Positions 18,679 through 26,595 of a stretch of 32,387 nucleotides of DNA are shown piece by piece. Within the stretch, counting starts at the first letter, position 1, and each line of letters begins with the position of its first letter. Both the position numbers and the translations under genes were made by a program. The notes under the pieces were generated by a model. The model ran no database searches and was not told the DNA's origin. It saw only the letters and a program-made list of their open reading frames with translations. Origin of the DNA: Legionellales bacterium UBA5158 (GTDB taxonomy: Bacteria; Pseudomonadota; Gammaproteobacteria; DSM-16500); contig DHXK01000099.1 of the NCBI GenBank assembly GCA_002413665.1, forward strand, positions 1 through 32,387, in the 5' to 3' direction.

Positions 18679-18711
18679 AGTCTATAAGAACTACCTTAAG
18701 GAACACTTATA
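18679..18711 (-). promoter_or_regulatory. Degenerate PmrA-like box plus -10 element
   Basis: Minus strand tATAAgtgT-tc-cTTAAggtA, a 7-nt spacer and TAGACT; same geometry as the site at 10552. Confidence 0.4.
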
Positions 18712-18752
18712 TATCAGAAAATATAATAGGTAGATAAACATTAAACTTTTTT

Positions 18753-18912
18753 AACTATTCAGCAAACTCATTGTAGGTCGTCATTGCGAGCGAGAGCGTG
18801 GCAACCCAGGTTTTAATGTACATTGCTTTTGCACCAGGCAGTTGACATTAAAGCCTGGGTTGCCACGCTCTCGCTCGCAATGACGAATTACAATTACTTA
18901 TGCTGAATAGTT
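18753..18912. repeat. 160-bp palindromic element of the CGTCATTGCGAG type (CGTC/RPE-like repeat)
   Basis: 42-bp arms at 18778-18819 and 18845-18886 with one mismatch, nested within an outer IR AACTATTCAGCA/TGCTGAATAGTT. Confidence 0.88.
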
Positions 18913-18941
18913 GCAAACATTTTTAATAAAGTTGTTATTTA

Positions 18942-20033
18942 TTAGATCGCAAGAGGAGTCGACGTCGCGCTTTTATCATTCTCTTCTAAAAAAGCTGTTC
19001 GCGTATTTTTAAACTCTTGTATATTACCAAACAGGCTATAGAGTCCCATTGCTCCATAAGTGAATCCTTTGACAATGCCGGGTTGTTTATCAACATTTAA
19101 TTGTTTGCAGATGACATAGGGCGCTTCGAAACCTTCGACGATATCTGATGTAAAATGTCCTATAGACAATATATTTTGCAGAGCATTTAATTTTTTTGAT
19201 GTAACGAGTTGTGGTTGAGCAGTTTCAATATCATTTATTTCAGCACGTCGAAAATGTTCACTTGTCGCTGCGTGGGCCATGCTCTCGCAGAGACTAAAAA
19301 AAATAGCGAAGGGTAGGGATACAGCATAACCTTGCCATGAAATTGATAAAAATGATTTTTCAAAATTCCATTGATCTGTTACTAATGTGCCTAGTGTGAA
19401 AGATGTTTTTAATAATGTATTTATTAAATTTAATCCAAACTGAGCTATTTTCCAAAACTTATGAGTAGGTGTGCGTGCTTGAGTTCCTACCCCTTCTTCT
19501 CTAAAAGCTACTAAAGTGTTTAATAACTCCTGAAAATTTCCTAAAGCGCTTAATGTGGTAATGCCTAGGTAAGTAAGGGCAATTTTCCAAGGAGATAAGG
19601 TTTTCATGCCGGCTAATTTACTGAAAACAATGAGAGGTTGAGCACCGTTGTTTATTTCTGCAAAGAAATGGCTGTAAGCCAATATTTTAGTCGGAAAACG
19701 AGGGGATGTTATTTCTCGGTCGTTTTCTAACGGATTCTGATCAAAGTTCTTACTTTGTGCTTTTTGCGAGAAGCCCTGACAAACGCTAAAATAGAGACCC
19801 AAAATAAGTCCTGCAATAGCAGCTTGCTTAGCTGTATTGAGGAAATTGGTTTCTAGCTCAAAGGTATCCGTGATTTCATTTGAAGTGTCATAGTAAGTAT
19901 TGATAAAGCTATTTATCACGATATAGATAAATTGAAAGTAGAGCGAGGCTGAGGAGCCAGATTTCTTTGTGGGTAAAGATTTATCGGAGAGTAAATGTTC
20001 ATTCATTAGTTGAGTGCTATTTCTGATTTGCAT
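18942..20033 (-). CDS. Multi-pass membrane protein made of two homologous halves
   Basis: ATG 20033 has a GAGGAG RBS. Motifs FSxC, HFxx[ED] and GNxQExxNTxxAFxEE are each present twice. Confidence 0.8.
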   Translation of the reverse strand: MQIRNSTQLMNEHLLSDKSLPTKKSGSSASLYFQFIYIVINSFINTYYDTSNEITDTFELETNFLNTAKQAAIAGLILGLYFSVCQGFSQKAQSKNFDQNPLENDREITSPRFPTKILAYSHFFAEINNGAQPLIVFSKLAGMKTLSPWKIALTYLGITTLSALGNFQELLNTLVAFREEGVGTQARTPTHKFWKIAQFGLNLINTLLKTSFTLGTLVTDQWNFEKSFLSISWQGYAVSLPFAIFFSLCESMAHAATSEHFRRAEINDIETAQPQLVTSKKLNALQNILSIGHFTSDIVEGFEAPYVICKQLNVDKQPGIVKGFTYGAMGLYSLFGNIQEFKNTRTAFLEENDKSATSTPLAI

Positions 20034-20074
20034 TTGTGCACTCCTCACTAAAAAGTGTTTTTTTTTATTTTCTA

Positions 20075-20096
20075 AATGAGAATGATAATCATTTCG
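20075..20096. promoter_or_regulatory. Fur box overlapping the -10 of the upstream promoter
   Basis: GAGAATGATAATCATTTCG (20078-96) matches GATAATGATAATCATTATC at 15/19 positions. It overlaps the minus-strand TTGCAA-16 nt-TATCAT promoter. Confidence 0.7.
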
Positions 20097-20254
20097 AAAA
20101 TAATTGCAACATTATTTTACTTAATCAGCAATCAAAAGAGGGGTTAAGATTTTTTGTTTTTAAGCTATTGTATTGTTATCACTCAATATTTATCTATCAT
20201 CCTGCACTTATGTCATAATATAAAACATGGGTTAACGAATCTGGAGTAGCCATT

Positions 20255-21310
20255 ATGAAGATGGAAGATCTTTTAATCACAAGTGTAAAGCACCATGCAT
20301 CAGATTTACATTTGCTGCCAGGCTTGGCTCCCTTGCTGCGTATACATGGTTCGTTAGCTCCCATTAAAGATGCGCCTATACTCTCGCCCGAAGAAGTTAA
20401 ATCACTTATTTACAGTGTGATGTCTAAAGATCAACGTGATGAGTTTGAAAAGAATTTAATTTGTGAAATGGCGTTGGTGGTACCGAGTATTGGAAATTTT
20501 CGAGTGAGTGCCTTACATCAAATGCACGGTGTTGCGGGTGTATTTCGTGTGATTCCAGAAGCCATTCCTACTTTTGAAGAATTAAATTTACCTATTGTTC
20601 TAAAATCTTTATTGTCACTGTCTCATGGTTTGATTTTAGTGACTGGGTCTACAGGTTCAGGCAAGAGTACAACGCTTGCTGCAATGATTGATTTTATTAA
20701 TTCATTTCGTGCTTGCAGTATAGTCACTATTGAAGATCCCATTGAGTTCACTTACAAATGTAAACATAGTGTTTTCCACCAACTTGAAGTGGGGCGTGAT
20801 ACACCGAGTTTTGCAACAGCTTTACGTGGATCTTTGCGTCAGGACATTAATGTAGTGTTAATAGGTGAATTGCGAGATTTAGAAACGATGCGTTTAGCTT
20901 TAACGGCTGCAGAAACAGGGCATTTAGTTTTAGCTACTTTGCATGCCAGTTCTGCAGCGCTTGCGATTAGTCGTTTTATAGATGTTTTTTCCACGGAAGA
21001 AAAATCTCGTGTACGTAGTTTATTGTCGGAAACTTTACAAGCTGTTGTTTGTCAAACCTTAGTCAAGAAGTTGGCGGGAGGACGTGCCGCAGCGTTTGAA
21101 GTGATGTTAGTGACGACGGCTATGCGACATTTCATTCGACAAGATATGGTGGCGCATATGGAGTCAGCAATGCAGACCAACGGTGATAAAGGGATGTGTA
21201 CGTTGGAACAATCCTTGCATGACTTAGTTGCCAGACAGGTGATTGGCTTGAATGTGGCAAACACTGTCATGATGAATCGCGGGGTGTTTAAGGACGTTTT
21301 AAAAAAATGA
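20255..21310 (+). CDS. pilT: PilT/PilU-family type IV pilus retraction ATPase
   Basis: ASDLHL, Walker A GSTGSGKST, TIEDPIEF, GELRDLET and AAETGHLVLATLH motifs; the AIRNLIRE box has diverged to AMRHFIRQ. Confidence 0.8.
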   Translation: MKMEDLLITSVKHHASDLHLLPGLAPLLRIHGSLAPIKDAPILSPEEVKSLIYSVMSKDQRDEFEKNLICEMALVVPSIGNFRVSALHQMHGVAGVFRVIPEAIPTFEELNLPIVLKSLLSLSHGLILVTGSTGSGKSTTLAAMIDFINSFRACSIVTIEDPIEFTYKCKHSVFHQLEVGRDTPSFATALRGSLRQDINVVLIGELRDLETMRLALTAAETGHLVLATLHASSAALAISRFIDVFSTEEKSRVRSLLSETLQAVVCQTLVKKLAGGRAAAFEVMLVTTAMRHFIRQDMVAHMESAMQTNGDKGMCTLEQSLHDLVARQVIGLNVANTVMMNRGVFKDVLKK

Positions 21311-21319
21311 TTTATAGAG

Positions 21320-21391
21320 CAACCGAGCCGCGACTGTGAGGGAGTGTTAACAGTGAATGGTTGACACTCCCTCACGGTCGCGGCTCGGTTG
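21320..21391. repeat. REP-like palindrome (AACCGAGCCGCGAC family)
   Basis: 32-bp arms with two G-T pairs and an 8-nt loop. Confidence 0.9.
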
Positions 21392-21434
21392 GATGACACA
21401 AAGATTTGTAAATCCTGAGTACTGTATTAACTTA

Positions 21435-23705
21435 TTAAAGTTTCATTTCTCTTATATTGTCAGGTTCTATTAAATCAGATAAATCATACTGAGTTGAGCT
21501 ATCTACAGATAGCTTTTTCCAAAAAGTATGCTGGTTTGAAGAATTACTTTTTGCAGTTTTCGCTTCAAGAAAGCAACCTAATGCTTTTAACTGATAAATA
21601 TGATTGAAGAAACCATTTTCGCGTTCATAGCAACTATGTAACTTGGTTTGAATATATAGTTGGCCATTTTCCAAAGGTTTAATTAATTCTAAACTATGAG
21701 CATGATGAGGGTTAGTCCAAAGAATTTGAGGATGTTGTAATACATATTTTGGATCCCAAATAAAAATAGAGTTTCCTTGAAGGAAGAGCAATCTATCATT
21801 TTCTAATGGCTGCATATTATCTATTTTAAAATAATCTAAAGTAATAGTAATAGCAGTTTTAAATTGTTGATCTGTACGATCAAATTGAATCAATCGAATA
21901 AGTGAGGAGTCAGATCGTGTTAATTCAGCTAGCGTGCCACTCTGTGGAAGTACTGCATATTTCTGGTTAGGGTTAGCTTTTAATAAAGTCGTTTTTTGCG
22001 TCAACAAATTGATGGCAATAAGATTATGTGGATTCTTAGTTAACACGATCAGATGATTATGACTTTCTCCTACAATATCTTCTATACCTGCATCAGATTT
22101 CCAAAGCAACTCTCGAGGCAATGTTTTATCGGAGGTATTGCGAATAATGAATGTGTCTTCATTAAAATAAACAAAGCGCTCTCTGGGTAATGCACGAGAA
22201 TTAATTCTGATGCTATGTTCAATGGTGTTAATGCAGCTCTGTGTATTGAGATCCCAATATTTTATTCTATGAATTTTCACATTATCAGGATATGAATAGT
22301 AAGCAAGACTGAGTAATTGATTATTTTCACATAAAATAAATTGATAATTATTACCATTATCTTGCAGTACAAACTTTTCTTGTCCACTTTTTTTATCAGT
22401 TATTACTATTTTATTTTCGCATTCATTCACTAAGCTAATTGAAACAAAATCACCATTGGCAAGAGTGGTATGCTCATAAAAAGTAGGATTTTCATATTTC
22501 TGAATTTTCAGTAAAGAAGTTTCTTCGAGTATATCTAAAGGATTTTCTTCAAGCAGGAATGTATTTTGCAAAGGTTTAGTGGAATGTATTTTTATTTCAT
22601 CGAGTACAGTTTCGCAATATTGGTCAGCTTTATTAACGCCTTTTATATTTAATTTTCCATCAGGGTTAATGTTAAGTGTAATAGAATCTGATCTCCAATC
22701 TTCTGGAAATTCCCAAACGGTTTGTAGTGTTTGATTTGGATTGCTTGTATCCCACGCTTCAAGAGTGTTATTTGTTCTAAATATCACTACATTATTTTGA
22801 AATGGAAAGATGTAATTTTCATTAGCCGAGTAGCTATTTCTAACTAGCACGGGTTTACCCAAGCAATAACGTGGACCCACATCATATTTATGATCAGCTG
22901 CGTTGTAATTGATAACTTGTGTTAAAACATTTGAGCCTTTATCTATCGTTGCTAAAATAGATCCATTTTTTAGTACTAATATACTTGGTGTTTTGGAATC
23001 AATGTTAATCACTTTAACTTCTTTACTTTTCATATTGAGAGAAATAGTTTGATCAAAAGTTCTTAAAATGAGATTGCCATTTGACTCACCTAGAATTTTA
23101 TAGATCGTCATATTGTCGCCGCAAGACCATTTTAGTTCTTCTACTATGGGTAAGGTTGTCACGTTAAAAATAATCAATTCGTGATTAGAAGCATAAGCCA
23201 AACGACCGCGCGATAAACCTAAAAATCGTGGCGCATTATCTTCACCTGTGTCTAGTTCTTTAATACAGGTTGAGCTTTTCAAATCCCATATTTTAATTTT
23301 ATGAGTGCGTGGAGGGCCACCTAAAAAAACAGCATGAGGATTGATATCAGGATATCGATATTGGCCATAAGTCATGAGGCACTGATCTGTTAAAGACGTA
23401 AATTCAAGATCCCATTCGGCATCGTCTATCATATTTTTTATTTTTAGAGTGCCGGCCTCTAGGATTTTAATTCGCCCTTTGTAACCATCAATGGTGGTCA
23501 TGTGAACCTGATCACCATTGGGCAAAGTAGTTTTAAGAAAGCTATGTCCTTCATGTGAGGATTCTTTTAATTGAGTAGTGGGTTCAGCTGATGGCTTGGG
23601 TTCATCTTCCATTTTTATTTCTTGTAGCGCGACGTCTGTGTTATTTATTGATGATTCTGATCTGGCTAACATGTTGAGTCCTAAGTTCAAATTGTCTTGT
23701 GTCAT
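21435..23705 (-). CDS. Tandem WD40-like beta-propeller protein (effector-like); true start may be internal
   Basis: IKIWDLKSSTCIKEL and IKYWDLNTQSCINTI plus other paired motifs show two homologous halves. Confidence 0.75.
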   Translation of the reverse strand: MTQDNLNLGLNMLARSESSINNTDVALQEIKMEDEPKPSAEPTTQLKESSHEGHSFLKTTLPNGDQVHMTTIDGYKGRIKILEAGTLKIKNMIDDAEWDLEFTSLTDQCLMTYGQYRYPDINPHAVFLGGPPRTHKIKIWDLKSSTCIKELDTGEDNAPRFLGLSRGRLAYASNHELIIFNVTTLPIVEELKWSCGDNMTIYKILGESNGNLILRTFDQTISLNMKSKEVKVINIDSKTPSILVLKNGSILATIDKGSNVLTQVINYNAADHKYDVGPRYCLGKPVLVRNSYSANENYIFPFQNNVVIFRTNNTLEAWDTSNPNQTLQTVWEFPEDWRSDSITLNINPDGKLNIKGVNKADQYCETVLDEIKIHSTKPLQNTFLLEENPLDILEETSLLKIQKYENPTFYEHTTLANGDFVSISLVNECENKIVITDKKSGQEKFVLQDNGNNYQFILCENNQLLSLAYYSYPDNVKIHRIKYWDLNTQSCINTIEHSIRINSRALPRERFVYFNEDTFIIRNTSDKTLPRELLWKSDAGIEDIVGESHNHLIVLTKNPHNLIAINLLTQKTTLLKANPNQKYAVLPQSGTLAELTRSDSSLIRLIQFDRTDQQFKTAITITLDYFKIDNMQPLENDRLLFLQGNSIFIWDPKYVLQHPQILWTNPHHAHSLELIKPLENGQLYIQTKLHSCYERENGFFNHIYQLKALGCFLEAKTAKSNSSNQHTFWKKLSVDSSTQYDLSDLIEPDNIREMKL

Positions 23706-23706
23706 G

Positions 23707-23778
23707 CAACCGAGCCGCGACCGTCAGGGAGTGATCTCACAGGTGAGGTGACGCTTCCTGACGGGCGCGGTTCGGTAG
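23707..23778. repeat. REP-like palindrome (AACCGAGCCGCGAC family)
   Basis: CAACCGAGCCGCGACCGTCAGGGAGTG...CGCTTCCTGACGGGCGCGGTTCGGTAG. Confidence 0.88.
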
Positions 23779-23802
23779 CTTCGCTCAGAATAAATTTGAA
23801 AA

Positions 23803-25068
23803 TTAATCAATTGAAAATTCTTTCGTTAGTATTTTTTCTACTGCAATATTTTTTAATTTTACATATTGCGGTAAACCATTTTTATACGGAGGATAGTCCT
23901 CACCAGAAATCAGTGGGGTTAAATATGCGCGGGCTTTATCAGTAATAGAAAATCCATCTTGGCTAATGTAGTCGCGTGGCAAATGGACTTCAACATTCGC
24001 GACTTTATCGAGTGGTGCTTCGCCTATCGTCCAAGAATAATGTTCACCAGGCTCACGGACTATGATAGGCATGACGGCATTTTTACCGGCTAAAGCAAAT
24101 TCTACCGCGGCTTTACCTAATGCATAAGCTTGTTCTACATCTGTTTTTGCAGCGATGTGGCGTGCTGAACGTTGCAGATAATCTGAAATAGCATAATGAT
24201 ATTTGTAACCCAATTGTTGTTTAATTAATTTCGCAATGACAGGTGCGACTCCACCTAATTGAGAATGACCAAAAGCATCTATTAATCCTGTTTCAGAAAG
24301 AAAAGTGCCATCTTGATTACGCAAGCCTTCAGAAACGACAATTGCACAATAACCATATTCTGAAACACAAGCTTCAACACGTGCTAAAAATAATTCTGGA
24401 GTAAATCGGATTTCTGGAAATAAAATAATATGGGGTGCATCATTTTTTTCTTCTGCTGCTAATCCACTAGCAGCTGCAATCCATCCGGTGTGGCGTCCCA
24501 TGACTTCTAGTATAAATATTTTGGTTGATGTCAGTGACATTGCTGCAAGATCCATTGCAGCTTCACGGATGGAAATAGCGACGTATTTTGCAACCGAACC
24601 AAAGCCAGGAGAGTTATCAGTAAAAGGTAAATCGTTATCTATTGTTTTTGGTATACCTATACAGGTAATGGGATAACCTAATTGCTGACTGATTTGTGAA
24701 ATTTTATAAGCTGTATCTTGTGAATCACCACCACCATTGTAGAAAAAATATTTAATATCGTGAGCTGCGAATGTTTCAATTAAGCGTTCGTATTGATGCT
24801 TATCTTTTTCATAAGAACCCAGTCTGTGTCGGCATGATCCGAATGCGCCTGAGGGCGTATGTCTAAGAGCAGCTATATCTTCTGCGGTCTCATAGCTTGT
24901 ATCAATTAAATCTTCTGTGAGTACACCCCGAATTCCATTGCGTGCTGCAAATACCTTGCCTATGATGTCCGCGTGTTGTCTTGCACTTTCGATGACGCCG
25001 CAAGCTGATGCATTAATAACAGCTGTCACCCCACCTGATTGGGCATACAACGCATTAAATTTTTTCAT
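23803..25068 (-). CDS. pfp: Phosphofructokinase, likely pyrophosphate-dependent
   Basis: QSGGVTAVIN, NGGGDS, PKTIDND and EVMGR motifs. Asp in GGGD and Lys in PKTIDND are the established PPi-type signature. Start taken at MKKFNALY. Confidence 0.85.
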   Translation of the reverse strand: MKKFNALYAQSGGVTAVINASACGVIESARQHADIIGKVFAARNGIRGVLTEDLIDTSYETAEDIAALRHTPSGAFGSCRHRLGSYEKDKHQYERLIETFAAHDIKYFFYNGGGDSQDTAYKISQISQQLGYPITCIGIPKTIDNDLPFTDNSPGFGSVAKYVAISIREAAMDLAAMSLTSTKIFILEVMGRHTGWIAAASGLAAEEKNDAPHIILFPEIRFTPELFLARVEACVSEYGYCAIVVSEGLRNQDGTFLSETGLIDAFGHSQLGGVAPVIAKLIKQQLGYKYHYAISDYLQRSARHIAAKTDVEQAYALGKAAVEFALAGKNAVMPIIVREPGEHYSWTIGEAPLDKVANVEVHLPRDYISQDGFSITDKARAYLTPLISGEDYPPYKNGLPQYVKLKNIAVEKILTKEFSID

Positions 25069-25283
25069 GATCAAAGTGACTCCGGAAGCGTAAGAAGAAG
25101 TGAAAACTTTATGAATAATTACTGATTTTTTGAGGGAGAGCAAGGAGTATTCTAGCTAACTCACATCCTATTTAAATTTGATTTAAATACAACATGAGTC
25201 AGTTAGTAGATTGAGGTGTATCCAGACAGCAAGGTATAAATTCAAATAACTATTATTTAATAATCTCATAAAATACATCCGAA

Positions 25284-25712
25284 CTATAGTCTAACTAAGT
25301 TATTGATACTTTGAATTAAAGTTAGGTTACGCTCTTTTTTTAATAATTCTGAAGACTTGTGTAATTCAGGAATATTAGTGCTGCTAGCCAGTATGAATTG
25401 TGCATTTAAGCTAGTTGCTAATCTTAATACTTCATTTTTAATGCGACCTGTAATAAGCCATTGATTTTTCTTATCAACACCCAATATATGGCCAATCGTT
25501 GTTAACGATTTTTCTGCTTCTTGGTAGTATCTTTCTGCTAAAAGAACTGTTGATGGGATATTAAAATAGCAGCTAGGCAAACTAGGAATCACATGTACCA
25601 GATTCAGTTTAATATGCATGTCTTGTTGTGTGTTCAAGGCAGCCTTAATGAGCGCTATTTCTTCTTCGGTGGTGGTATTGGTTACAAGTAAGACACTCTT
25701 TGCAGGTTTCAT
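25284..25712 (-). CDS. Universal stress protein (Usp) family
   Basis: 142 aa; LNLVHV, G.IKNEVLR.A...AQFIL pattern; GGAG RBS. Confidence 0.7.
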   Translation of the reverse strand: MKPAKSVLLVTNTTTEEEIALIKAALNTQQDMHIKLNLVHVIPSLPSCYFNIPSTVLLAERYYQEAEKSLTTIGHILGVDKKNQWLITGRIKNEVLRLATSLNAQFILASSTNIPELHKSSELLKKERNLTLIQSINNLVRL

Positions 25713-25953
25713 CTACTGGATCTCCATTATTGTTAAGGTCCTTTTGTTAGAAGAGATTAACTACTCACTTTCCAACGGGGGGATACCTATAGTCTCACTA
25801 AAGTACGCTAAGAGAAATTAGAAGAAACGCGAGGACGTTGTATTAGAGACCCTGAGATTGCTCAGGGTTTATACTGGAGGAAAATCAAGGAAAAGAAAAA
25901 TGTCTACCCAAGTCAAGCACTTATGTGCAGATAATATACAGAATGGCTTTTTT

Positions 25954-26586
25954 TCACTCTTCACTTACGGGTTCTTGAACGCCATTAGTTAATACGAGCT
26001 TAACTAATTCTGGAACCGATTTTACCCCCATTTTTTTCATAACACTAGCGCGATGTGCTTCAACTGTTTTCAAAGAAATATTTAATTCGGCAGCAACCAC
26101 TTTATTTTGTTTGCCTGCGACTATTCCTTGTAACACTTGTACTTCACGGTGTGAGAGTAAAGCAAATTTAGCTTCTGCTTGCGCATTCTCTTGTTGCTTA
26201 TCACGATTTGCTTTATCAATGCGTAAAGCTTTGTTAATGCTTTCTAACAAAACTTGATCGTTAAAAGGTTTTGTTAAAAAATCAATTGCACCCGCTTTCA
26301 TGACACGGACTGCCAATGGAACATCGCCATGACCACTGATAAAAACAATAGGCAATGGTGTGCTGCCTAAAGCGTTTAACTTAGTTTGTAATTCTGGGCC
26401 GCTCATGCCAGGCATGCGTACATCCAATAATAAACAACCTGACTGATGTGGATCATAGTCATCTAAGAAATCTTGCGCGCGGATATAGGTTTTGGCTTTT
26501 AGCCCTACAGATTCAATTACCCAAGATAACGATTCCACCATCGCTTGATCATCATCTACAACATATACAATCGGTTCAATAGACAT
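25954..26586 (-). CDS. FixJ-like response regulator (REC + LuxR HTH)
   Basis: VVDDD, LLDVRMPG, SGHGDV, DFLTKP and LS.RE..VL...GKQNK.VA.EL.IS.KTVEAHR motifs. Confidence 0.92.
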   Translation of the reverse strand: MSIEPIVYVVDDDQAMVESLSWVIESVGLKAKTYIRAQDFLDDYDPHQSGCLLLDVRMPGMSGPELQTKLNALGSTPLPIVFISGHGDVPLAVRVMKAGAIDFLTKPFNDQVLLESINKALRIDKANRDKQQENAQAEAKFALLSHREVQVLQGIVAGKQNKVVAAELNISLKTVEAHRASVMKKMGVKSVPELVKLVLTNGVQEPVSEE

Positions 26587-26595
26587 AGGTCTCTC

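Noticed and set aside
20036..20218. 60-aa ORF in the divergent promoter region
   Set aside because: It spans the Fur box and promoters, has low-complexity AT-derived composition and lacks an RBS.
21052..21399. 115-aa minus-strand ORF, and similarly 23697-23945 and 829-1074
   Set aside because: These are shadow ORFs running through REP palindromes and antisense to real genes.
25900..25992. 30-codon plus-strand ORF (MSTQVKHLC...) after a purine-rich stretch
   Set aside because: It overlaps the 3' end of the response regulator in antisense, SD spacing is poor and there are no protein features.
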